A stretch of 64,000 bases of DNA from Squalus acanthias (Eukaryota). Below are positions 37,226 through 49,431 of this stretch, piece by piece. Every line of letters begins with the position of its first letter. The first letter of the stretch is position 1. Under the pieces are notes generated by a model. It worked only from the letters and a program-made list of their open reading frames with translations. It was not told the DNA's origin and searched no databases. The translations under genes and the position numbers were made by a program. The stretch lies in contig CM059432.1 in the NCBI GenBank assembly GCA_030390025.1, positions 140,804,001 to 140,868,000 of the forward strand. Reading direction: 5' to 3'.

Positions 37226-40207
37226 ATGGCAGGGAGTTGGGAACCTGAGCAGGAAGACAGAGGAAAGGGAAACAAGGATAGAAGCAAAAGTCAGGAAGGA
37301 AAAAAACAAAGGTGGCAGTCAGAGAATCAAGGGTTTAAATCAAACGTGGCCACAGTAAATAATAATTCTAAAAGGGCTAAGAGCGTTAGAAAAACAAGCC
37401 TGAAGGCTTTGTGTCTTAATGCGAGGAGCATTCATAATAAGGTGGATGAATTAGCTGCGCAAATAGAGGTAAACGAATATGATATGATTAGGATTACGGA
37501 AACATGGCTCCAGGGTGACTAAGGCTGGGAACTCAACATACAGGAGTATTCAATATTCAGGAAAGATAGGCAAAAAGGAAAAGGAGGTGGGGTAGCATTG
37601 CTGGTTAAAGAGGGGTTTAACACAATTGTAAGGAAGGATATTAGCTCTGATGATGTGGAATCTGTATGAGTAGAACTGAGAAATACCATGGGGCAGAAAA
37701 CGCTAGTGGGAGTGGTGTATAGACCCCCAAACAGTAATACGGAGGTTGGGGATGGCATTAAACGGGAAATTAGAGAAGCGTGCAATAAGAGCACAGCAGT
37801 TATCATGGGCGACTTTAATCTACATATAGATTGGGCTAACCAAATTAGTAACAATACTGTGGAGGAGGAATTCCTGGAGTGTATACGGGATGGTTTCCTG
37901 GACCAATATGTCGAGGAACCAACTAGAGATCAGGCCATCTTAGACTGGGTATTATGTAATGAGAAAGGATTAACTAGCAATCTTGTTGTGCGAGGCCCCT
38001 TGGGTCGGCGCGATCATAATATGATAGAATTCTTCATTAAGATGGAGAGTGAAGTAGTTGACTCAGAGATTAGGGTCCTGAATTTAAATAAAGGAAACTA
38101 CGATGGTATGAGGCGCGAGTTGGGTAGGATTGATTGAGGAATGTCACTCAAAGGGTTGACGGTGGATAGGCAATGGCAAACATTCAAAGATCGCATGAAT
38201 GAACTACAGAATTTGTTCATCCCAGTTTGGCATAAAAATAAAACAAAAAAGGTGACTCAACCGTGGCTAACAAGGAAATTAGGGATAGCATAAGATCCAA
38301 GGAGAGGACATATAAATTGGCCAGAAAAAGCAGAAAACTTGAGGATTGGGAGCAGTATAGGATTCAGCAAAGGAGGACAAAGGGATTAATTAAGAGGGGG
38401 AAAATAGAGTATGAGAGTAAGCTGGCAGGGAACATAAAAACTGACTGTAAAAGCTTTTATAGATATGTGAAGAGAAAAAGATTGGTGAAGTCAAGCGTAG
38501 GTCCCTTGCAGTCAGAATCAGGGGAATTTATAATGGGGAACAAAGAAATGTCAGGCCAATTAAATACATATTTTGGTTCTGTCTTCACAAAGGAGGACAC
38601 AAATAACCTCCCAGAGATGTCGGGGAACATAGGGTCTAATGAGAGGGAGGAACTGAAAGAAATCAGTATTTGTAGGGAAATAGTGTTAGGGAAATTGACA
38701 GGATTGAAGGCCGATAAATCCCCAGGGCCTGATAATCTACATCCTAGGGTACTTAAGGAAGTGGCCCTAGAAATAGTAGATGCATTGCTGGTCATCTTCC
38801 AAAATTCGATAGACTCTGGAACTGTACCCATGGATTGGAGGGTAGCTAATGTTACCCCACTATTCAAAAAAGGTGGTAGAGAGAAAACAGGGAATTATAG
38901 ACCGGTAAGCCTGACATCGGTAGTGGGGAAAATGCTAGAGTCCATTATAAAAGATGTAATAGCTGAGCACTTGGAAAACAGTGACAGGATCGGACAAAGT
39001 CAACATGGATTTACAAAAGGTAAATCGTGCTTGACTAATCTACTGGAATGTTTTGAGGATGTAACTGGTAAAATAGATAAAGGGAGAACCAGTGGATGTG
39101 GTGTATTTGGACTTTCAGAAGGCTTTCGATAAGGTCCCGCATAAGAGATTAGCATGTAAAGTTAAGGCACATGGGATTGGGGGCAAGGTATTGACTTGGA
39201 TAGAGAACTGGTTGGCAGACAGAAAGCAAAGAGTTGCAATAAACGGGTCTTTTTCCGAGTGGCAGGCAGTGACTAGTGGGGTACCGCATGGACCGGTCCT
39301 AGGACCCCAGCTATTCACAATATATATTAATGATCTAGACGAGGGAATTGGATGTAATATCTCCAAGTTTTCAGACGTCACAAAGCTGGGTGGGAGTGTG
39401 TGCCGTGAGGAGGATGCAGAGAAACTCCAGTATGATTTGGACAGGTTGGGTGATTGGGCAGAAGCATGGCAGATGCAATATAATGTGGATAAATGCGAGG
39501 TTATCCACTTTGGTGTCAAAAACAGGAAGACAGATTATTATCAGAATGGCAATAGATTGGGAGAAGGGGAAGTGCAACGAGACCTGGGTGTCCTTGTGCA
39601 CCAGTCGCTGAAGGTAAGCATGCAGGTGCAGCAGGCGGTTAAGAAGGCAAATGGTATGTTGGCCTTCGTAGCGAAACAGTTCGAGTACAGGAACAAGGAT
39701 GTCTTGCTGCAGTTGTACAGGGCCTTGGTGAGACCACATCTTGAGTATTGTGTGCAGTTTTGGTCGCCTTATCTGAGGAAGGATGTTCTTGCCATGGAGG
39801 GAGTGCAGCGAAGATTCACCAGACTGATACCTGGGATGGCAGGAATGACGTATGAGGAGAGATTAGGTCGATTGGGCTTATACTCGCTGGAGTTTAGAAG
39901 AATGAGAGGGGATCTCATTGAAACTTATAAAATTCTAACAGGACTAGACAGACTAGATGCAGGAAGGATGTTCCCGATGGCGGGGGAGTCCAGAACCAGG
40001 GGTCACAGTCTAAGGATAAGGGGTAAGCCATTTAGGACTGAGATGAGAAGGAATTTCTTCACCCAGAGAGTGGTGAACCTGTGGAATTCTCTACCACACA
40101 AGGCAGTTGAGGCCAATTCATTAAATATATTCAAGAAGGAGTTAGATATATTTCTTAAAGCTAAAGGGATCAAGGGATATGGAGAGCAGGCAGGGACAGG
40201 GTACTGA
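37226..40207 (+). pseudogene. Disrupted CR1 ORF2 (EN+RT)
   Basis: Consecutive ORF pieces starting at 37226, 37688, 38263 and 39092 align colinearly with the intact ORF2 at 60728. Confidence 0.92.
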
Positions 40208-41391
40208 ATTTGGATGATCAGCCATGATCTCATTGAATGGCGGAGCAGGCTCGAGGGGCTGAATGGCCTGCTCCTGCTCCTATCTTCTATGTTTCTATGT
40301 TTCTATATCCCTTAATATCTTAACAAAACTCTATCAATCTCAGATTTAAAAGTAACAATTGATCTAGCATCAATTGCTGTTTGTGGAAGAGAGTTCCAAA
40401 CTTCTACCACCCTGTGTGTGTAGAAGTGTTTCCTAATTTCACTCCTGAAAGGTCTGGCTCTAATTTTTAGACTATGCCCCCTAGTCCTGGGCTCCCCAAC
40501 CAGCGGAAATAGTTTCTCTCTATCTACCCTATCTGTTCCCCTAAATAATGTGAAAACTTCGATCAAATCACCCCTTAACCTTCTAAATTCCAGGGAATAC
40601 AACCCTAGATCAATCTGCTGTGATGCCCATACAGCAGCAGACCATGGCAGCGTTGACTGTCTAGGCTCACGCCCAAGAACGAACCTCTCAAACAAGGAAC
40701 TAGAGGACTGCCAGTGCCCATGAGGCGTGCTCCGAGTAAGCCAATAACTTCAGGAGGGGGAAGGAAGGAAACGAAAGAAAAATGGACCCAAAAAAATCAA
40801 TAGCATTGCTTCAAAATGCATCAGTAAGATTTGAATGAGCCGTGTGCGTGTAAGGAAATTCAGTCGAGTGCATAAAAGGTGACAGTAAACAAATTAATGC
40901 AATTCTCCTGGCAGTGATATATTTACTGGTCTAGCATGACTTGTGGCAGCTGTGGTGAAAGGTCTATGAAATGTCGTATAATAGAAGACTTAGTTCAGTT
41001 ATTGGGATCCATCCCCTTTAATGGATGTCTTTAGTTTCCACCGAGCACTTATTTATTGGTGAGTTAAACCCATTTCAGAAAAATCCACTGTAGTACCTTG
41101 AACAACATTTCTTCATCATCAGCAATGTCACCAATAACAAATGATCTGGTCATTCATTCGGTTGCTGGTTGTGGGACCTTGCTATGCACAAATTGGCTGC
41201 CATGTTTGCGGACATTAAAGTGTCTGCACCTTGGGCACAGGGTGAGACGCCATGTAAATTAAAATTCTTACAAAACTTCAGTTCCAATTTCCTCTTCTTG
41301 TAACTAGCCCTTCATAGTCCTTCAATGTTTCTGCTAAATTTTAGCTTCTGTATAATAGTCGCAGACTTGTACCTTTTTTCGGTACTCAAAC

Positions 41392-41812
41392 TAGAACTAG
41401 GGGGCATAATCTTAGAATAAGGGGCTGCTCTTTCAAAACTGAGATGAGGAGAAACTTCTTCACTCAGAGGGTAGTAGGTCTGTGGAATTTGCTGCCCCAG
41501 GAAGCTGTGGAAGCTACATCATTAAATAAATTTAAAACAGAAATAGACAGTTTCCTAGAAGTAAAGGGAATTAGGGGTTATGGGGAGCGGGCAGGAAATT
41601 GGACATGATGCTGAGTTCGGATCGGTCGAGGCCCTGTGGGTGGCGTAGCGGGCCCAGGGGCTGAGTGGCCGGGTCCTGCTCCTACTTCTTGTGTTCTTTA
41701 GATTTGAGGTGAGGATCAGATCAGCCATGATCTTATTGAATGGCGGAGCAGGCTCGAAGGGCCGATTGGCCTACTCCTGCTCCTATTTCTTATGTTCTTA
41801 TGTTCTTATGTT
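41392..41812 (+). mobile_element. CR1 3' fragment of the same subfamily as the full-length element
   Basis: Highly similar to ~63465-63914, including the doubled 3' UTR. Confidence 0.9.
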
Positions 41813-41920
41813 CAATGCTAGCTTTTATTTCTTACCGCCTTCGTCTTTTATTGCTGTGGATCTTCTTTCTCCATTTCCAATGATGAAATCACTCTAACCC
41901 ATTTTAGCCGTTTCTGCCAC

Positions 41921-42582
41921 TCTCTCTCTGCAATCTCCACTCTTCAATACTCCCATTGTCCTGCTCCTCTCTCTCTGCATTCTCCACTCTTCAATACTCC
42001 CATTGCCCTGCCCCTCTCTCTCTGCAATCTCCACTCTTCAATACTCCCATTGTCCTGCTCCTCTCTCTCTGCATTCTCCACTCTTCAATACTCCCATTGC
42101 CCTGCCCTCCTCTCTCTCTGCAATCTCCATTCTTCAATACTCCCATTGCCCTGCCCCTCTCTCTCTGCAATCTCCACTCTTCAATACTCCCATTGCCCTG
42201 CCCTCCTCTCTCTCTGCAATCTCCATTCTTCAATACTCCCATTGCCCTGCTCCTCTCTCTCTCTATTCTCCACTCTTCAATACTCCCATTGTCCTGCTCC
42301 TCTCTCTCTGCATTCTCCACTCTTCAATACTCTCATTGCCCTGCCCCTCTCTCTCTCTCTATTCTCCACTCTTCAATACTCTCATTGCTCTGCCCTCCTC
42401 TCTCTCTGCATTCTCCACTCTTCAATACTCCCATTGCCCTGCCCTCTCTCTCTGCATTCTCCACTCTTCAATACTCTCATTGCTCTGCCCTCCTCTCTCT
42501 CTGCATTCTCCACTCTTCAATACTCCCATTGCTCTGCCCCCTCGCTCTCTGCATTCTCCACTCTTCAATACTCCCATTGCCC
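41921..42582. repeat. ~47-bp pyrimidine-rich minisatellite (~14 units, variable CT tract)
   Basis: Core CTCTCTGCAWTCTCCACTCTTCAATACTCCCATTG. Confidence 0.93.
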
Positions 42583-42804
42583 TAGTTCCTTCTTTGCTAA
42601 TTTCCTCTCTCTCTCACCCTCATTTTCATTTTGCTACTGCAAGCTTCTTTGTTACTTAGTGAGTTTCCGATTTCCCATTCTCCTTTCCAAATTGCCTTTA
42701 CACACATTACAACACAACAGTGGCTACATTTCAAAAGCACTTCATTGGCTGTAAAGCGCTTTGTGATGTCCTGACGTTGTGAAAGGCGCTAATAAATGCA
42801 AGCC

Positions 42805-42900
42805 TTTTTTTTCTTGCTATCTTTCTTTCTGTCTGTCTGTCTGTCTTTCTGTTCGTTGGTCTTTCTTTCTGTTTGTCGGTCTTTCTTTCTTTTCTTCCTT
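42805..42900. repeat. Compound (CTTT)n/(CTGT)n microsatellite at a SINE tail
   Basis: Directly visible. Confidence 0.85.
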
Positions 42901-43509
42901 ACTTTTAAGTAGCACCCTTTTTTAACGTGATTTTGCTCCTGCTTCCACACATGTTGCAGGATTAGATGGTGTTCCTTTGCATTCCAGATTTCTTCCTGTT
43001 TTTGTTGCCTGCCCCCACATGCTTTGCCCAGCGTTCTAATGGTGCAGCCTACAACTGGAGCCCGTGGTGTTGTTAGATTGCCTGGTGCCTCTGATTCCAT
43101 TGTCTCTCTGTTTTAGGTTCAATTGAATTTTATACTTAGTGATGCTTTTAGAAGTTCATTTATCCCACTTGTGACTAAAGGCATCTTTCATCTGCAAACA
43201 AGGTTGTCTTGTTTTTGGTCAAGGCTTTCATCACTTAGTTATCTGTTTTGTTTTCATTGGGATTTCCTGCTTAGGGGCTGGTGGAAAATCCCCTTTGTGA
43301 CTCCAGTGCCTTTAATCTCTGTGTGGTTCCTGGCCTGACTGAGCCCTGCTGTAGTCACCGGCCTTTCACACAGCTGGTCTTTGTTCAGTCTCCACCTTGA
43401 TCTCAATCCTTTTTCGTGTTACCCTCTTCTGATTCTTACAGCGGTTCACTGACAGCTCTCTCCAGCCCACCCCTGCACCCCACCCCCCAGCACCCCCCCA
43501 CCCCCAAAC

Positions 43510-43740
43510 CCCATTGAGGAACTCCAGGAGTGTGTCGGGAGCAACCTGGCCACAAGGTCTAGCTGTTCCTTGACCGATGGTCGGAGCTGCCAATTCTCAA
43601 CCGGTTCGTCCGCGCCGCAACTAAGACCCTGCGCACAGGCGAGGACGTCGACCGGGTCGGGCTGCATCGGCTGAGGAATCTCCTCACTGGGCTCCTGAGG
43701 GAGTGGAGGTCAATTAATGGCCCCGCTCCCTCGTCACTGT
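43510..43740 (+). pseudogene. Probable Tx1-clade non-LTR ORF1 C-terminal relic
   Basis: PIEELQECV / KV*LFLDRWSELPILNRFVRAATKTL..LHRLRNLL resembles, from memory, the Xenopus Tx1 ORF1 C-terminus. Confidence 0.5.
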
Positions 43741-44443
43741 CGGGCTTGTACTGGGCTCTTGTAATGAAGAGAGACACTGTTTTACCTCCTCTAATGTTGG
43801 GGGTGTAGTGTGCCCGAGGGTTAACAATCAATCAGTCTACCATTGCTTTGTGAGGATGATGAACTATCCATTAACACAATGATCTTGTGAGGCACTGTCT
43901 GTTGCTGGAGTGAGCCTTTGGCTTATAGAATCATAGAATTTGACCCATCAAGTATTTGTCTCCTTCAAGTATTTATCTAATTCCCTCCCCTCACCCCCTC
44001 CATCTCTAAATTTGCTTTCCCCCGCCTGGCCAGCACATTATTCTCCTCCGCAAACCGCTGCGAGATATTTCTCTTCACGCCTTAAAGAAACGTCAGTTGT
44101 TGTTCTTTCCAACAGTCTCTCAATCTATCACATAGTATACCGGGGAGGGCGGGGAGGGGGCTTAGGTAACCACAGCATAATGCAGAACCATTTCTGCAAT
44201 ATAAATGGACTGTATCATATAGTGTGAGTTCACCGTTGCCCTGGTTACCGTACTAGATTCACTTCATTTAAACAAACGAACACGTGTATTTTCGTCAGTA
44301 GCTTCCCAATGGATCGTGCGGTTGATATTGCTGCAATGAGTCCAGAGATTGCTGAACGCTTAATTTTCTGAGCTCCCTGATCGTAACAAAAAAAAAATGG
44401 CCAATTTTACATTGAAGGCCAAGGAACAAATGAATGATGTCAG

Positions 44444-44887
44444 TGTCAGCTGTGGCTCAGTGGGTAGCACTCTCACCTCTGAATCTAGAAGGTTGTGGGT
44501 TCATAGTCCCAGCCCAGAGACTTGAGCACAAAAATCTAGGTTGACACTCCCAATGCAGTGCTGAGGGAGTGCTGCACTGTCGGAGGTGCTGTCTTTCAGA
44601 TGAGACTCTAAATTGAGGCCCAGTCTGCCCTCTAAGGTGGATGTAAAAGATCCCACAGCACTATTTCAAAGAACAGCAGTGGAGTTATCCCTGGTATCCA
44701 TCAATCAACAGCACTAAAAACAGATTATGTGGTCATTATCACAGTGCTGTTTGTGGGATCTTGCTGTGCGAAGTTGGCTGCCACATTTCCCACAATTACA
44801 ACGGCGGCTGCAGTTCAAAAAGTACTTCATTAAATGTAAAATGCTTTGGGACGTTGTGAAAAGCGCTAGAAAAATGCAAATCTTTCT
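44444..44887 (+). mobile_element. Deu-type SINE; other copies at 29914-30095, 41125-41270, 42700-42805, 45357-45686, 48541-48980, 51208-51422(-), 54965-55125 and 55735-55910
   Basis: TGGCTCAGTGGGTAGCACTC head and shared body. Confidence 0.85.
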
Positions 44888-45696
44888 AATGTGTGAAAAA
44901 CACAAAAAGATACCCCCGGAGCGCTTTTGGTTAGGGTCAGTTACTAGAACTGAGTTTGGTGTTAACTGTTTTATCATTGGGGAAGACACGCACTGCGGTG
45001 GGTCATATGCCCGTTTATATCGCGGTTTTCATGCCTTTTCAGGTCTCAGTGATAAGCCGTCGCTCCGTTTACTGCCCGTTTTGGGTGGGAACCAGCAGCC
45101 GACCTTCAGAAAGTTGGGAGCCCCTCAGCCAACCACCGGTAGATACAGGGCAGGGTCTGGAGGGAGATCCCCAAGAAGCCATCCTTCAATTCTTCCTTCC
45201 CTTCGCTTTCAAACTTTTTGGGTCATGTTGGATTGGCTCAACCTGCAAACCTCGAATTTCACCTGCATTGTTTTCATGTTGGCATTAAGTAACCGTTTGC
45301 ACATTTAAAGAGCAGTAGCCGTGTCATTTGACCAATGTGTCTGGATTATTATTTGATGAGGGAGTGCTGCAGTGTCGGAGGTGCCATCTTTTGGATGAGG
45401 CGTTAAACCGAGGCCCCGTCTGCTCTCTCAGGCACGATTTTGAAGAAGAGCAGGGGAGTTTTCCACGGTGTCCTGGCCAATATTTACCCCTAAATTAACA
45501 TCAATAAAACAGATAATCTGGTCATTAGCACATTGCTGTTTGTGGGAGCTTGCTGTGCACTAATTGGCTGCTGTGTTTCCTACATTACAACAGTGACTAC
45601 ACTTCAAAAGTACTTCATTCCCTGTAAAGTGTTTTGGGACCTCCTGAGGTTGTGAAAGGTGCGACATAAATCCAAGTTCTTTCTTTACATTAGTGA

Positions 45697-46414
45697 CTAT
45701 ATGCAGTCAATTATACATTTTAAGGCAGTTTGCCAGGTAATAAAACTGTAGCTGAGAGTGGTTACAGAGGTTCTTCGCTGCTTGGTGAAGCAAGGCTTCA
45801 CATCCTCAACGTATCGATTGACTACACAGTGACTTATTCCCATTATGTCTTCTTTGAGTATCCGGGACACACAAGTAGCATAAAATTTAAGACTGTATTG
45901 ACCTTCACATCCACACAATAGGCAATGCTGATACTTGACTGTGGCTGTAGGTCACTTTGAACCAAGTGCATGAGCTTTCTCACTGCATCAGTGCTAAGAC
46001 TCAGGGCTGGATTTTCATTGACCCGTGGAGGCGAGTTTGGAGGCGTGTGGGGGGTTAAAATTGCAAAAACTGGCGGACAGGCAGAAGTCCGCCTCCATCC
46101 CGCCTCCACGCAATTTTCATTAAATCGTGTCTGTTGGTCCCGACTCCGTCCCGCCTTTAAGAGACGGGATAGGCTGTTAAGGGCCTTAACAAGCACTAAA
46201 TTGGCTCTATAATGCCATTTTGAAAGGCCTTTGTGATTTTAACCCTTGTTCTACGTGAAGCATGCCTGTTGTGAACCACGATTGTGAAACCTGGCGGGAG
46301 CACATTTCGAAAGCTGACTATCAGCTGCAGGTCCACTATTACAATGGAGAAGTAGTAGTAGGAAATATCTGGGAGCAGACGTAGGGCTGCTGCTGCTCAT
46401 TTTGCCTTCAGTGC

Positions 46415-46449
<35 letters not shown>

Positions 46450-46790
46450 GACTTTTGCATCCAGGTCCTCTCACAGCAAAGGCCAGGCAGTCTTTGCAGA
46501 CCTTCAATGCAGCAGCAATGATGACATCATCAGAGGCGACTTTCAGACTGAAAACACTAATTGGGTCATGGGTTCCCACATGCTGGAACTCAATTGCCAA
46601 TTAGGTGAAAATCGCATCAATCTCCCACATCCAATTGCAGTCGGGTGGATAACACGAAAAGTGGATGACACGACCCCAGCCCGCCCCAGTATCAAAATCC
46701 AGCCCTCAGTCTCCTGCGGCACTAATCCTACATGAGGTCCAGATCGCTCAATCTTGAATGTTGTGCCTTCCCCTCGTGGCAGTTTGTAAT
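45697..46790 (-). pseudogene. Decayed PIF/Harbinger (HARBI1-like) transposase N-terminal region, split by MITE A
   Basis: With the MITE removed it reads LDLM*D*CRRRLSLSTDAVRKLMHLVQSDLQP...VKVNTVLNF, then by frameshift FYAT...DIMGISHCVVNRYVEDV...IIDC. This matches the remembered HARBI1 pattern (LRFYATG..GD..GISQ..VSR..GAIDCTH). Confidence 0.75.
46004..46705 (+). mobile_element. Harbinger-type MITE family A
   Basis: TIR GGGCTGGATTTT; exact 3-bp TSD TCA. Confidence 0.9.
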
Positions 46791-47084
46791 TGTGGTGGTG
46801 TGGCTCCTATGTCTTCTGCACTCCGGTTCTGCAGGCTCCCTCTCCCAGTGCTCCACAATCTGCTAACTGTTTACTGCACGCTTTCCATGGAGTGTTTGCA
46901 AAATAGAAATCAGCAGTTAAATGACATTGGTAACAGTGCTGGGCAGCTACTGTCAGGGCCGGTGCTTCTTTCACCTGCTCACCACCAGCCCTGAGTACTC
47001 CTTAAAAATCTACATTTTAATTGCACCCAAGTTCTCAGCCGTTGCATTTAGTAAAATATCCAGGCAAAAAGGAATTATTGTGTT

Positions 47085-47890
47085 CAGGTTCTGGTGAAAG
47101 GTCATCGACCTGAAACAATGGGCTGGATTTTGATACTGGGGCGGGTTGGGGTCGTGTTATCCACCCGACTGCAATTAGATGTGGGAGATTGATGCAATTT
47201 TCACCTAATTGGGCAATTGAGTTCCAGCGTGTGGGAACCCATGAACCAATTAGTGTTTTCAGTCTGAAAGTCGCCTCTGATGATGTCATCATTGCTGCTG
47301 CATTGAAGGTCTTCAGAGACTGCCTGGCCTTTGCTGTGAGAGGACCTGCAAAATGAGCAGCAGCCCTAAGTCTGCTCCCAGATATTTTTACACCACCACT
47401 CCCAGATATGTCTCCTCTCCATCCATCCATATATGCATCCCCATAGCCAGCCAGCCAGTGTCAACTATCCATATCCAAATGTGCTCCCGCCAGGTTTCAC
47501 AATCGTGGTTCAGAACAGGCGTGCTTCACGTAGAACAAGGGTTAAAATCACAAAGGCCTTTCAAAATGGCATTATAGAGGCAATTTAGTGCTTGTTAAGG
47601 GCCTTAACAGCCTATCCTGCCTCTTAAAGGCGGGACGGAGTTGGGACCAGCAGACACGATTTAATGAAAATTGCGTGGAGGCGGGATGGAGGTGGACTTG
47701 TGCCCGCCCGCCAGTTTTCGCAATTTTAACCCCCCCACACGCCTCCAAACCCGCCTCCACGGGTCAATGAAAATCCAGCCCATTAACTCTGTTTCTCTCT
47801 CCATAGATGCTGCCTGACCTGCTGAGTGTTTCTATCACTTTTTGTTTTCATTTCAGATTTCCAGCATCCACAGTATTTTGCGTTTATTTT
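47085..47890 (+). mobile_element. Penelope-like terminal-repeat fragment with a degenerate hammerhead motif, split by MITE A
   Basis: CTGGTGA-A-AGGTC-ATC-GACCT-GAAAC, then after the MITE TTAACTCTGTTTCTCTCTCC..AGATGCTGCCTGACCTGCTGAG. Confidence 0.6.
47120..47781 (-). mobile_element. Harbinger-type MITE family A, inverted copy
   Basis: Same TIRs; flanks AAT/ATT; reverse complement of 46004-46705. Confidence 0.9.
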
Positions 47891-49431
47891 ATTGTGTTTT
47901 TTTTTGGTTCCCGTATGTCCACTAGTTATACTTCTAATTTAGCATTCACAGGAAACCATTGCATCAAATGAAGGTTTCCATCTCTTTGCCAAATCCCTCT
48001 ACACTTGATGAACATCTAATCGTTCTTAACATGTTACATCCAGAATCCAATATTGCTCGATATCTCTTCAAAATACTGAAGGCCGCAGAGTGGATTATGT
48101 GATGATGGTTTTAGTGTACCTTACTCTAATTCCCTGCCTAAGCCTCTCCGCCTCTCTACCTCTCTTTCCTCCTTTAAGACGCTCCTTAAAACCTACCTCT
48201 TTGACCAAGCTTTTCGTCACCTGCCCTAATATTTCCTTATGTGGCTCGGTGTCAAATTTTGTCCGTGAAACGCCTTGGGACATTTTACAATGTTAAAGGC
48301 CCTATATATAAAAGCAAGTTATTGTTGATTTATTTCTCACTGACTGCGTCTTTCTGTTTGTCCCGAGCTAGCTCTGTTCTTTATGACTCTCATTATCTGC
48401 TCCTCCTGAATTTTGTTCCTCTTTCTCCCCAGCTCTCTTGGTCACATTGGCTTAATTACAGCGATGCTTTCTCTCTCTCTCTCTCCTTTTGGTACGAACC
48501 CTCCTGCTTTGTCTCTGTGTTGCTCGTCCTCTCTGGCAGATGTGGCAGCCGTGGCTCAGTGGGTAGCGCTCTCGCCTTCTGACTTAGAATGGTTGTGGGT
48601 TTCAAGCCCCACTCCAGAAATTTACAGTACAAAATCAAGGCTGGCCCTCCCATTGCTGTACTTAAAGGAGTTCTGCACCGTTGGAGGTGCCGTCTTTCAT
48701 ATGAGATGTTAAACCGAGGCCTTGTCTGCCCTCTCAGGTGGGTGTAAAAGGTCTCTTGGCACTATTTCAAAAAGAGCAGGGGAGTTATCTCAGGTGTCCC
48801 GGCCAATATATATCACTAAACCAGATGATCTGGTCATTATCTCATTGCTGTTTGTGGGACCTTACTGTGTTCAAATTGGCTGCCATGTTTCCTACATTAC
48901 AACAGTGACTACACTTTGGAAGTATCTCATTGGCTGTGAAGCCTCAGGTCGTGAAAGGCGCTACAGAAATGCAAGACTTTCCTCCTTCTATTTATCCTGC
49001 TATTGATATTGAATTGTTATCAGTCGCGCTACAAAATGAACAACATCACTTTATTTCTATCCTGCAGTGGATTTAGATTAAGGGCAATGTTTGTTTATGA
49101 CCACATTTCCAATTAAACACCGAAGACTTGACTTTCATTGCCAGTTTAGTTAGCACTGGCAGTTTTATTAGTGTTTCCTGCAACACAACAGATAAGCAGT
49201 AACAGGAAGGGAGCATTCCTTCATGGCCAAACTATAACTAGAGGTTACAGTCAAATATAGGCTTAGCAGGGCACACTGGTGATGAGATAGGATTCAGTGT
49301 ACAAGAGCCCCTGATGAAGTAGCAGGTAACGGCGAGATGTGGCACTGAGCCACAGAAGACAGCAAAGACTGAAGTTTGATCCCTGATCTATGCTGAGTTA
49401 GTTTTCTTTCAGCTAGGGCAGAAGTAGGACA

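Larger units (their letters stand above)
36443..40304 (+). mobile_element. Near-complete, inactivated CR1 LINE, 5'-truncated within ORF1
   Basis: ORF1 esterase frame is open to 37224. ORF2 is broken by stops (~37520, ~37668, ~38135) and frameshifts, and reads FSDV in place of FADD. (TTCTATGT)n-like tail. ATATCC duplicated at 36437-36442 and 40305-40310. Confidence 0.93.
35871..40606 (-). mobile_element. Short CR1 3' fragment split by two insertions (pieces 35871-35963, ~36418-36442, 40311-40606)
   Basis: Pieces rejoin into a continuous CR1 3' end; AGATC at 35866-35870 and 40607-40611. Confidence 0.8.

Noticed and set aside
41956..42754. 200+ aa ORFs in several frames
   Set aside because: Artefacts of the stop-poor ~47-bp minisatellite.
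44444..44525. tRNA genes at A/B-box sites
   Set aside because: All run into SINE bodies; no complete cloverleaf seen.
44727..45308. 193-aa ORF
   Set aside because: Starts in a SINE and crosses unrelated sequence; no domain recognised.
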